Shown here: piece after piece, positions 30,433 through 42,143 of the stretch | How the letters are laid out: every line of letters starts with the position of its first letter | Position numbering within the stretch: position 1 is the first letter of the stretch | Origin: Ophelia neglecta | Lineage: Eukaryota | DNA: 64,000 nucleotides | Reading direction: 5' to 3' | Assembly: GCA_965285935.1 (NCBI GenBank) | Contig: OZ260662.1 | Coordinates: 121,272,001 to 121,336,000, forward strand | Program-made: the position numbers and the translations under genes | The notes under the pieces: generated by a model | What the model was told of the DNA's origin: nothing | Database searches by the model: none | What the model saw: the letters and a program-made list of their open reading frames with translations, nothing else

Positions 30433-31561
30433 GATGTCTGATTTCTAACTACCCTTGTCTACCTCTTGTACAGACATCCTATTAATGATATATATAAGTT
30501 CTACCTTCTTTGACCCGCCACTGGCAGGCACAGTGGAAGTCGATACAAATGGCTAATATAATCAGAGAGTATATAATAATATATAGTATATACTATAGAG
30601 TATATACTAAAGTATATTAAATATGATAAACAGTGTATCTGCGGCACCCAAGTATAATCATTAAATGGGTGCACAATTTTCCGTTGACCAGGATTGTATG
30701 TTTTCAATGATCAATGTCCATTACGTTAATCCAGTATTTCGATACTAATTTAAACAAGACTTATAAGGTCTATATTTCGTTTTAAAAGGGGAACGGTCCA
30801 CTTTATAGGGCAATGTGCTGTATGGGTTTTTCTATCCAGAGGGAGGTCAGGGGAAATTCTTTGAACCAATAGAGTCCGGACCCCATTTTTCTCTGTGTAT
30901 CCGTTAGTGCACTGCCTGACAGCAAGACTAATGTATCAAGCAGCCTTGTTTACTGCCATTCCGGTCCACTTCTACATAACACATTGTAGTACTAAAAACT
31001 ACTGATTATTTCAATTAATGACCTTTAGACAGCAACGTGTATTTATCGACACCAATTCACATGGTCCTACATGTTATATTCTAGAAAATCTCTTCATTAT
31101 AAAATGACCGCTAGGTAGCAGCAGGGAACGGCTCATTACCACGACGCATAGACCAGACACATATAATGCAAAATAGGCCGTACTAGTTGTGTATATAATG
31201 TGATAGATTGCAGCTTGTACTAGCCTAGGTACTTAAAATTGTTGATCTGTTGCAATGTGGAATGACGAATTCAAAGAAATACGAATATATTTAAACAAAC
31301 ACAAAGTACAAACATAACATGTTTGTTCATTCATTACAATAGCATGATAAGGAAATGTTAAAGCATAACACGTATATGTTATCGCATACATGTGTATCTT
31401 AAAATTGTTTTCTATAGGAGACCAGGGTTTGTCTTACGAGGTGGACATCTATCATCAGCTTGCACGAATCTGGTACTGTTTAGTTGACTGTTAGTGTAAT
31501 GAAAATGGGATAGTTTTATTAGGTGCTACAGAAAGCAGCATGCTACAGCGGCATTTCTCAG

Positions 31562-31793
31562 GGCTATTGATTAAACGCGGACGTGCGGAAGCTATGCAGA
31601 CGCGGACGTCATGGGTATTTCAGAGTGACAGAAAGCAAAAAAAGCGTCAGCAAGGCTAGGGTTGGGGCTGAGCTGAGGGTTAATTTCAGGGTTAGGGGAA
31701 GGGTTAGGGACAAGTTTAACATGTCCTGTGTTCCGTTCTAAATTTGGGATTTACCTCCGCAAGGCTCCGCGTTTCCGCTTTTAGCCAAAAGCC
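31562..31793. mobile_element. Small MITE with 8-bp TSD and internal GGGTTAGG-like repeats
   Basis: Imperfect TIR GGCTATTGATTAAACGCGG / CCGCTTTTAGCCAAAAGCC. Flanks TTTCTCAG (31554-31561) and TTTTTCAG (31794-31801). Confidence 0.55.
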
Positions 31794-34700
31794 TTTTTCA
31801 GACAGTAAAAATAACACAGGCGCCAAGTAAGAGGCCTTACAGCGCACATTTGGCGGCGGACCAGGGCAGTGGTAAATATCATGGACATATATAGTATATG
31901 TCTAACTACTTATATAATAAATATGGCCGAATTAACAATACTTTCTATATAAATGTAGACCAAAAAAAGCAGTTGCCATTGCCATGCGCTCCAATAAATC
32001 TGTCATTTTAGCAAGGTAGTCTAAAGCAAATGACAGCACCTGTGGCATTTAATAAATTGTTTAGATTCTTACCTCGATATCACCCACTCCTACACTTATC
32101 CTGCATGAAGTTATGACGTGATTAATCCAACATTATTTTAACTAATTTTCTTTCTTTGTGTTATATGTCTAACTACATATATCAACAAACTGTTCACCCT
32201 GTCCAATGCTCATGTTCATGTAATAAATTAGAGAAAACATGATTTACTTCCGAATCTCAGCGATGTACAATCTTGCAAAGATTGGCAAAGCCATACCTGT
32301 TACAAGCATGTTATAATATGTCCTACTATTCATGATTGTATACAAGACGTAGCCTATTTACATTGGACTGCACCGTTACCTGCGCAGGTGATGAATACAG
32401 TGAGTGTACATCAGATGTATGAAATACCCTCTTGACGCTCAGCCATTCGACTAGTGTTTAGTTTGTGTAAACACTTATCTTTGGGGCTTTACACAACTTG
32501 TGGGACGGATTATCATTGCTGTTTTGCCTGCTCTGATACTTCCATTCACATAGCTTCCACCTCCATTTTTTTCTCTTTCCCAATTCTCCTCCATAGTCCA
32601 TTCTACCCCTATACGGTCCCCGCGTAAATACATGATCATCAAACAATACAACTTTAACAAACGTATCTGATATTCATACAATCATTTTGGTAAAATGCAT
32701 TCACCTGGTCTTCACTAACTTCATCTTCATTATTATGACTCCGTCATCTCCCTTAATATGACTCCTAGGGTTATTACCTAACTCTATACTGACTATCAAC
32801 CACAATGTTATCCCCGCTATCTCCCTCCAGCCCTATTATCACATGTAATCCAATGTCAGAAAAAAGGGCTAAATACATTCTATTCTAACGGCCTGTCGTT
32901 TCCCGAGGAGTCTGTTGTTTCCCGAAGGGGTTGGTTACCATTCTCTTGACGTCTTCGGGTCGATTTTCAATATCAAGATTGTGGAAAAAATTTCACCATG
33001 AATGTGGTCCTGGCCCTATGCCCCCTTTCTAAACCCGCTTCTCTAATCTTATGTACTATAAAGGCCAAGCCTAACGTTCTCTGCCATGTTTACAATAGTG
33101 GTACTTGACACACATCTAACCTCTTACATGAGAGACACTTTTGATATATTATAGCACAATATGTAGAATTTGTATCACTGTCCGTCTCATCAACCCCCAG
33201 ACTGCAGGAGTATTTTCAGCCTTCGATGACATATTTAATAGATAGACCATTTGTGATTATCATCGTCGAAATCTCATTTGTTCTAACATTTCGATATTGC
33301 TTTAGAAAATCACCCCTAACGTAGAGTGGCCGCCAGGTAACACCATCGATCGGTCCATTGCAGGGTAAAAGAAAATCAGTATCTACTCACGATCATGTGT
33401 ACTTCGAATATTTTCGTATTTTAATTTTCTAATCATGGTGTGAAGTTGTAGAGGCGATATATGTGGTGGGTGCGCAGGAGGCCAGCATCTTTAAATTTAA
33501 TTCAAAATGAAAGTTATATCTTACTAAGTTTTCACATTTCCTGGGTGAAATCTAGTTATTAGTGTCGGGTTGGGGGTTATTGTAGTATCAGGGCTTAAAA
33601 AGAGGGGTAGATCAGAAATAACCATGCATCAAGAAAAAACGACGTTAAATATCCGAGTGTTGTACAGACGAATCTTGGTGGTAGTATGTTTTGTTCGCGG
33701 ACACAAATCAAAACCAAACCTTAATAAGATTCGAATGTAGGCTAAGGGCGAAGAAAAGCCTTTTTAAAAATCGCCCATGGCTTGAAATTGATGAATCTTC
33801 CATATAAATTCCATATTGACAAGAGTGATAGGAGCTTTGGTAGGGTTGTACGTATTATAGTAGAATGTCTAAGGATAAAGTATGAAGTATTTTCTTTCTT
33901 ATTGATATATACATGTGTAAGATTTGACAGCCATGTGAGCGATAATACAATCATGTAGTGATCAACGCACACTCAATTGAGAGAGGCTTGAGCTTTGCCA
34001 CTTAGCAGTCACTTGATATTATAAGGCAACCAGGATAGGTCTACTGAACAAACATCGTGCCCTTCTGTGATAATTCACTGGCCTTGCACTAGCAAGACGA
34101 TAGCGCAATGTGCCATGTTTACTACGCGATACTGTATTCAGGTAGTGTTCGTGCGCAACAGACAATGAAAATCTAGTATCTCTGAAAGTCATAACATGGA
34201 CACTGCAATGTTTTGTAAAGCAACTTAAGTGAACTTGCATTTATTTGTGCTAATATTCCATCGTGACTATGTCCCTGTTTATGTAAAGAGACATGGTTAA
34301 CCGACAGGGAATAAGGAGGTGTCTAGTGGCGACAGCTGTAATGGATAAAAAGCATACGGTACAAACTATTACATGAATGTTCATTCATTACATTATCATA
34401 CAAAAGAAATTGCTATCAGGGCTTTTTTTGAAAGAACGCCATACATTCGTAGTCATCTATTCACATGGTCCTACATGTTATTTTATTTTTAATAATCCCT
34501 TCATCGTAAAATGAAGCCAGGTAGCGGCAGCGACTGGTCGAGTATATAATAAAGTACATTAAATGCGGTGAGAGCTGGGTCTGTAGTATACATGAAACAC
34601 CCAAGTTTCATCCATTCAATAGGCCTCACGCCTTTACAGGTTTGTATGTTTTCTTTGATGAATGTCGCATGTTTATCTGGCAAATACAGCCAAAGCTCAA

Positions 34701-37471
34701 CGCGTCCGTTTAACGGTCTGTTATCAGGAAACAGTATGTATGTAGTGTTTTCTAAACAGGGCCTTTAAAGGGCGGAGATATGGTTTGATTAAGGGCTCCA
34801 CTTTCCCTTGAAGGATATTAGATAGTTGTTTACATCAAGAGGGTGGCTGTTGGAAATTTATTTGGAGAAAACTGGTCCAGAATCCGTTTGTTCCTGTTAA
34901 TCCGTCCCTACACTGCTTGACAACAAGGCCAATGTACAAGACCACGTTTACTACAATTGTGCTTGGCAAGGAGCCATGGTGTACTGAATTATAATTTGAA
35001 AAACACCAGATACGAATCATTTCAATGCATGGCTATTAAGAAGGTGTTTCTGCCGACTGAAATGGTATCTCAATGCCTACCAGGGCATGTTTGAAGGTTC
35101 AACATGTATTAATCATCATCTGGTCCCGTTGTCATACATGATGGTATATTTAATATGATTGCATCATTGTCTAATGACAGCGACAGGTCCATCACCACAA
35201 CAGAGATACATGTAATGCAATGCTTATATGTCCAAATATCTTAGTGTGTTTGCGGCATTAGGATAAGGTCGTACACTAAAGGTATCCTGACGCAAACGGC
35301 CCAGTGTTGTTTTCTATCCGCCAAAATTCTCGTGTAGGACTTATGCTGGAATTTATCCATTTACACTCGTACTGAATTGGACAACCCAGTAGTCATGTCC
35401 TGCTATAAGACGTGCATTTGTACCTTGGACTTTATCGTATTACTATTCTCGATATACAATGTGTAAACTTGTGTGCACTGGACTCTTGTCGTTCATTAAG
35501 AACCCTTGTGTTTTTTATAAGTATAATCAAGAAGATGGGGGAGATTGGGTTCGGAATAATTGGATCAAATATCTGAGAAGAGGTTTAACCCCAACTAAAT
35601 ATTATCCCCCGTATCCACCCTCCATAAACAACAAAGCCGTCCCCAATCCCCAAACCCCACCACACCCTCCACCAACCCCAGCCCCCCCCCCCCGACACAT
35701 CCTCCATCAACCCCACCCCCCCTCAGGGTTACTGCTGTTAAACACCTTCAATGGCAGTGCCGTATAATATGTAGTGGAAAGCAAAATCCAGTAAAATCCA
35801 GCGATCAAAATTTCAGGCAATCCACGGATAAAAAGCCGTTTATTCATATACATTTCATGGTTTTAAAAGTTTAAAGTGTTCACCGACTCACAGTTCCACA
35901 CACATCGATTGCAGAAATAAAGACCCTTCCCTCATTAATCACAGCTTCACCCACAAATAAACATACATTATTCAATGCTTTATAGCCTGCCAATTGCTTT
36001 GGATCTATGTGGAGGAGGGAGAGGAGGAGGGACGGGGCGAGTGGCGTCAACTTTGACTTGGAGGGTGGGGCATTTCTATTCCCTTCCAGCAATGGACACA
36101 TTGTGGACAGTAAATACCTACCCTTGCCCCCCCCCCCCCCCCGTAGACAGAATAGGGGGTTCGGGCTCCAGTCCAGACCCCCCCCCCCCGACACACACCC
36201 TCCATTAAATGCAATAATGGGTCCGGATCCCCTTCCCATAACCACACCCACCCCCTGAGAAAAGAAAAAAAGGGAACCCGCGAATGTGTGCAGACAAGTT
36301 TTAAAGAAAAAAATCCCGCAATGGTTTAGAAGATACCCATTCCTAGCTCGGACGGAAACTGGTCACCAGACGGTAGACGCCGGGATAGCACAAAAGCAAA
36401 ACTCCTGTAGCGACTTGCAGCTGAGGTGTAAAAAGAGAAAATTTTACAACTAATCAAACCTTAAAAATCCGCAGCTATAAAAATATTTACTTGCCAGGTT
36501 ATGTAGAATCGGGAAAGTCATTATTCAGCTGAAGCCGGAAAATTAACATTTATGTAAAAAAAACCTGGAATAAAAGCTAGAAAACGTTAATAAAAAAGCC
36601 ATCTGGTGTTGTAAAGTTCCCTTAAGGGCCTAGAGGTGGCTGCTTGGGAGTGAGGTAGTCTCATGGGCCTAGGTTTGTTTGTGGTTTAAAGCCCGGAGCG
36701 GTAGCTCACTGGGTATATATATATATAAGCCTTAGACATTCCTGCATAAATTATCCATAACCTTGCATAAATTACTAACTGCTGTCAAATTGTTGGTTTT
36801 ATTATATATGTGTAAGGTGTGGGTAATATTATGCTAAGAAGTTTTAAAAGATTAAAGCATAATATATAATACAACATTTCGGTAATTCAGCGAATCTTTG
36901 ACAACTATCTTTATAAAAAGAGATTTTAAAAAGTACGCGGTGTCGACAGAACAGCGTAAATAAAACCATATATGGTCATTGGGGAGTTAATCCACCAGTT
37001 AGAACAGCCGAGCTGTAATCCTTAACATTCTTCATATTAATTTCAGTGTTAACTGTCTATATTGTGTTGTAGTAGTAACACATTGAGGTAGTAATGAGGA
37101 GGTGAAAGCACTGATAGTTATAAACCGTATCTTGTTGGTGCAAGGGCATAAGTGTCTTGTTTTTCGAGACAGGCATTTTGTGTGTATTCATGCCTTCGAT
37201 GAGCGATGATTTTTCGGAGTTGCCCGATAGGTGACACCACCCTACAGCCCGGTATTGGCTATTATTGAATGGGTACAAGTAGCCTAGTGCATGCAGTTAT
37301 TAGCCACCGTGGCGTCAATATGAGAAGTCACCTACCTCATTTACCGTTTGGTGTAGACACTCTGGCATTGTGATATGTACCGGCAGCTACATTGGGTGTT
37401 CCTAAACTCTTTTCAAGGAAAATATCAGCTACATTTGGTATAGTTTTTTCACACCCAACTCCCTTGTGTAC

Positions 37472-37730
37472 TGTTGTGGAGGCACGGCAACTGACTATTT
37501 CCCAGGCGCTCAACCTGCATGTGCATTATCCGAAGACCACTGGCGCCCCTAGCGACCGGATCGGATCCAGGGACTGGGACCAGGTCACCAGCGGGACAAA
37601 CAGTCGATCTCGAGAAGTCAATGCAGTAAGTCGCACAAGCGGTTAAATTAGTCTATATCTTGTATCCTTGTATAAATTGTGATAAATCTACGCAGAATTA
37701 GCCTGTGAACCCAAGGCCAGATCCTCGACA
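37472..37730 (+). repeat. 5' LTR (259 bp)
   Basis: TGTTGTGGAGG...CCTCGACA. I count 4 substitutions versus the 3' LTR. Confidence 0.97.
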
Positions 37731-37731
37731 T

Positions 37732-37742
37732 TGGTGTTGTGA
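37732..37742 (+). promoter_or_regulatory. Primer binding site (possibly tRNA-His)
   Basis: TGGTGTTGTGA lies 1 nt after the LTR. It matches the tRNA-His-type PBS TGGTGCCGTGA if two G:U pairs are allowed. Confidence 0.55.
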
Positions 37743-38564
37743 ATTACAGGTACGTTGTGTGGATTTTTCTACAGTTTTCATTGTTGTTCTGTCAAACTTG
37801 CGTATGGCAATGGCCTTTAATTTTTGACAGAAATTACGATCCCTTTGTGTGCAGGCTGATGTGTGTTTATTGTCATCCTTTAGGCTGACGTTATTGAAGG
37901 CATGCCAATCAGCTATCAAATGCTATTATTTCACCACTGTTAACCTATGGACATTGATACTCTGTACTATTGTGCAATAATTATTGGTGCCGCCATTTCC
38001 TTTGATCTTGTTCGGTACCACCATCTTGCTTCTTCAAAATTTGGCGGGAAAATTTCTTTGTTGGGATCCAGTTGTGGGCTTCTAGTGTTTAACAACAACC
38101 ATCAAGTTCAATTAATTCCCATATCTATCATTCTTTGCATAATTATCTATAGACTGATAACTAAATCGGAGATTGACAATTCTTGGCAATGTTATGAACT
38201 TTGATGGGGACTAACACATTCAGTAATGGTTCAATAACATTCTTTATTTTCTGATTGAATAATTATTACAATATTGGGAACACAACTGTGAATTGTATGT
38301 CATTGATTGTTAAGTTTCATTGATTACAGTACATGAAATTTACAATTCATTGATTATACATTTTTACATATTTATTAAGTACTTCATACGCACCAACATT
38401 GTCGATCTCTGATCTTGATAATGTAGTATGACATCATACTGAGAAATTACAACCATAATGAAATTAATTTAAATTCGTGTGTGTAATAAAAGGTTCTACT
38501 GTATTGTCTTTAGATAAGTGCTAAATTGTCTGGATACATAACGTTGGTATTGAACTTGTCAATC

Positions 38565-41170
38565 ATGGCACATGCAAACAAAATTGATGTGAATGATGTC
38601 ACAATTGACGAGTTACAGAATTTTTCTGGCATTGGTCCTGCAACTGCCCTTGCTCTAACTGAAGGTAGGGACAAGGCTCGAATAATGGATATCGAACTTG
38701 GTGCTTTCATTAGGCCCCAATTTTATGCATTAGTCAGGGAGAATGGTCTCGTTGGGGACGGGTATGTATCGGATGAACCAGAAAATAACCTTCCTGCCAA
38801 ACCACCTCCTGGATTCCCTAAAGAAGAGAAACCGGTCGGTGGGGATTCTCAAAATTCTGCCATTAACTACCAACCTAGTGAGGAATTTCATAATTTGCGT
38901 TTGGAAATGACAGATATTTTACATAGGCAGAATAATATGATTCATTCTAATACAAATGAAATCCAAAAGATTTCGCAAAGCTTAGACAAGCAACAGGATG
39001 AATTTGCAAAAATGAAATTATGTTTCAAGAAGCAAGAACAAAACTTTTTAGATATAAAAGGTTTGATTGAGTCAGTGAACAAACCTAGGGGTGCTTCGAC
39101 CAGCCAAAATAGTACCCCAAGCAGATCAATTGCCTTGGTTAGAACTAAAGGGTCAAGGAGTCTGCCAGAAACTCCAAATATTCCACCTAATAGTTTAGAT
39201 TCTTGTCACCAAACTAGATACTCTCCCCAAGATGTTAGGCAAGATGCCCGTTTTATACTAACTAAACCGTTAAGGGCAATCCCAAAGACTTTAACCTCGG
39301 GTGCAAATATGGGGGGCACTAGCAGACCTTCTGACGGCTCGAGAATACCTATAAGCCACTTTCCAGGAGTGTATGCTATGCCACCATCATCCCAACTAAG
39401 CAAGCCCTACCCCTGCAGTCACAGTGTACCCGAATATCATACCAAGGAGTATGGTGGGTCGGAAGAGGTACAGCATAGCGTAAAGTATGATTACCCCCAG
39501 ATCAGGTTTAAACCAACTAGCAGTCTCCCCACCCATCATACAAATTCACACAGTATGATAAAACAGGCCCATGATCCTAAATTCACTCCAAGACCCATGT
39601 CTCTTGATGGTGCTCGCAGGCCTACCTCTGATGGGACAAGACATGAGGGTCAAAATCATACCCAGTCGTATGGTATTCGTGGGCCCACAGAAGCCAGTCA
39701 TAATGCATGTTATGAAAATGAGAGTGGGGCCCCCAGGGGTGGTGCTGACCCCTTCGGGAGGGGTGGTGATGGTCGGGCGTTTGCTTGTGGCGTGCAAGCA
39801 CCAACAAACCAAGGTTTTGCGTATGGCAATGGTGTTGGCGTCGTGTCAAGCTCACCACCGTTTGCACACACTACTACAAACAGCATGGTGGATCCCCCCA
39901 GGATTGTCCGTCCTAACAGGTATGACTTTTCACAGCCCCCGCCCGAGGCCATCGGTCTGGGCATGCCGGGGCCCGTGCCAGGGCCACCCCATACCACGGA
40001 GTGTGATGTGTCTGTTCCCCCACGGGCGGACAGGAAGGTTTTTCATGCCCTGGAGTATGGTAAACCAACAAGGGACATTGGCTCAGCTAACCAAAGCATG
40101 GGAAGCTCGAGTAACTCATTAATTACTAATAGTATGGGCAATACTCATGATACCCCCGACCCCTCACAGGTACTGGTAAACACCCTGGTACAGGCTTTAG
40201 AAAGGACTAGGAATCCTAATCCCCCACCAACGCAAGGGCGTGGTCGTCCCCATTTAGGAAGCCTCCCTACCTTTGGCGGTGGTGGAGTCAAATGGCCAGC
40301 TTTTTTCTTACAATTTGATAGAATGGTTTCTAGGCTAGGACTCACTACAGAAGAAAAGTTAGATGCACTAATTGGTACTTTGAAAGACAAAGCTCTAACA
40401 TATTATTCAAAATTGTCCCCAAACACTCAAAATAATTACACGGAACTGGTTGAGAAACTACGGTTCAGGTTTGGCCCTGAAGAAACAGCTTCCGTGTCAA
40501 GACGCATGTTAAAGAGTGCTAAACAAGCATTAGATGAGAGTTTAGTGGAGTTTGCTGAACGTGTGCAATGGCTGGCAGCAGATGGCAACCCACAGGCCAA
40601 TGAAGAGTGCCTCAATGCGATAGTCATTGACACCTTTTTAGAGGGTTGTTACGAAAAAACAGCTGCACTAAACGCAATGAACGCTGAGCCTAGCACACTT
40701 GCTGAAGCTATGCGTTTGATTCAAGTTTGTAAAACTAACCAACAACACTTGAAAATTAGGACAGTAAGAGTCGCCGAAGACGATGGTGAAATGAATGTAA
40801 GGGCCATCAAGGCGACAAACAGTGGTTCAAAGAACTCTGTAGAAACAGATAGACTTAATGTACTGGAGAACAAAGTTAATGTCTTAGAAAAGCACCAAGT
40901 TGGCATAAAAGAGAGCTTGCTTCAGCTCACAGAACTAGTAAAAGGCATGAGAATGGACCTAATTAGTAAAGATACCCCCAAAAAGAATTTATCCTTTAAT
41001 ACTACCCCCACCCCACCCCCACCCCAAACAGTCCAAACAGGAGACCCAATAGGAGGTCCCCAGGTAGTGGTAGTCCGCTGTTGTGTTTCCGCTGTAAAGA
41101 GGCGGGCCACTTCCAACGGGATTGTCCTCTAAATGCGGAAAACACTTCCCCAGGCTACTCAAAAAACTAG
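38565..41170 (+). CDS. gag: Gag: N-terminal HhH motif, coiled coil, long low-complexity region, capsid domain, CCHC knuckle; one frameshift at ~41000-41025
   Basis: ATG 38565 (ATCATGG). Capsid-like LPTF..G..W..F..QF...KL..L...L...A..YY...FG region. The knuckle CFRCKEAGHFQRDC (41084-41125) is in a shifted frame ending SKN* (TAG 41168-41170). Confidence 0.9.
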
Positions 41171-41221
41171 AGATGACTGGTACATGTGACCAAATACCAG
41201 TCTGTTGTCAAAATGGTCACA
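41161..41221 (+). promoter_or_regulatory. -1 programmed ribosomal frameshift signal (slippery heptamer plus H-type pseudoknot)
   Basis: A AAA AAC at 41161-41167, then a 7-nt spacer. Stem1 GACTGGTA 41175-41182 / TACCAGTC 41195-41202. Stem2 TGTGACCA 41185-41192 / TGGTCACA 41214-41221. Confidence 0.85.
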
Positions 41222-41418
41222 CTTTTCATGGACCGAATTCAAGGTATTCAAGCATGCCTGAAAGTAAAGGGGAAAAACAAATAAGTGAACACAGTAGTAT
41301 ATGGGGGGTTGGAAAATGCAGTGCTCAGAAGGACAGCAAAATTGTACATTTATATGAGGAGCCATCTGACAGTATAGTCAAGCATCTTAGCCATGATGGT
41401 AAAAAGTTGGCTTATACT

Positions 41419-42140
41419 GATAACAACCTAGCAGGATTTGGGTACTATTTGACTGAAGGTGGCGAAATAAGAGACATTGAAACAAACAAAAAATTTCAAT
41501 TTGAAGTCTCAGAAGATAATTCCTACAATCTAAAAAGGTATGAGCAAATTGGAAACATACTCACAGAATATGTGTATGACAAATTGGTGTCTCAATGCCA
41601 CCTGCAGAAAATGTATCTCGGTTCTGTAACAAAACAAAACGAGACAAATGGCTTTGTTTTTGTGAGTGAGGATGCATTTACCAACCCTGATAAATTGCTA
41701 TTGATCATACCCGGTGCTGGCATGGTAAAGGCAGGACAGTGGTCTAGAAGGGTTATGAAAAATGACAGTCTGGAAAAGGGCTCTCCAGTGCCTTATATCA
41801 ATAAAGCCATTGAATCAGGTTATGGTGTGGTTGTCCTCAACCCAAATCATAACACATTTATAGTTGATGGGACGCAAATGAATATAAAGGGTAGTGAGGA
41901 TCCCATTAGTCATGTACTGTCTGTCTGGGACCAAATTGTCTCAAAAACACTTGCCAAGCACATAGCTATAGTTGCCCATAGTTATGGCGGGGTTATCACT
42001 ACAATTCTGGCCAATACGGCAAAGGATTTTTTGAATAGGGTGTTTGCCATTGCCTTTACAGATTCAGTTCACAATTTGTCTCATCAAATTATCAAACAAA
42101 TGCTGTAAACTGGGTAAAGAGTGACAAGCCACTGGACACG
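41419..42140 (+). CDS. FAM172A/ARB2-family alpha/beta-hydrolase-fold domain in the Pol frame (C-terminally truncated, one frameshift at ~42095)
   Basis: Motifs collinear with FAM172A (ARB2A): LAGFGYY..GEIRDI, KRYEQIG.ILTEYVY, FVSEDAFTNPDKLLLII.G.G.V.AGQW.RR, PYI.KA...GYGVVVLNPN, VWD, VAHSYGG (41971-41991), AFTDSVHN. After the shift comes NAVNWVKSDKPLDT (42099-42140). No introns. Confidence 0.92.
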
Positions 42141-42143
42141 CTT

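Noticed and set aside
31670-31712. Interstitial telomeric repeat (GGGTTAGGG)
   Set aside because: Only a few imperfect units, internal to a MITE.
37392-37646. Duplicated small ORF (also 47703-48008)
   Set aside because: The similarity simply reflects the two LTRs.
39206-41116. Antisense and alternate-frame ORFs over gag
   Set aside because: Shadow ORFs of a GC-richer coding region, with no recognisable motifs.
41122-42108. Host FAM172A gene or an independent processed pseudogene
   Set aside because: It lies between matched LTRs, has no introns, no poly(A) tail and no TSD of its own, and is in the Pol frame at both ends.
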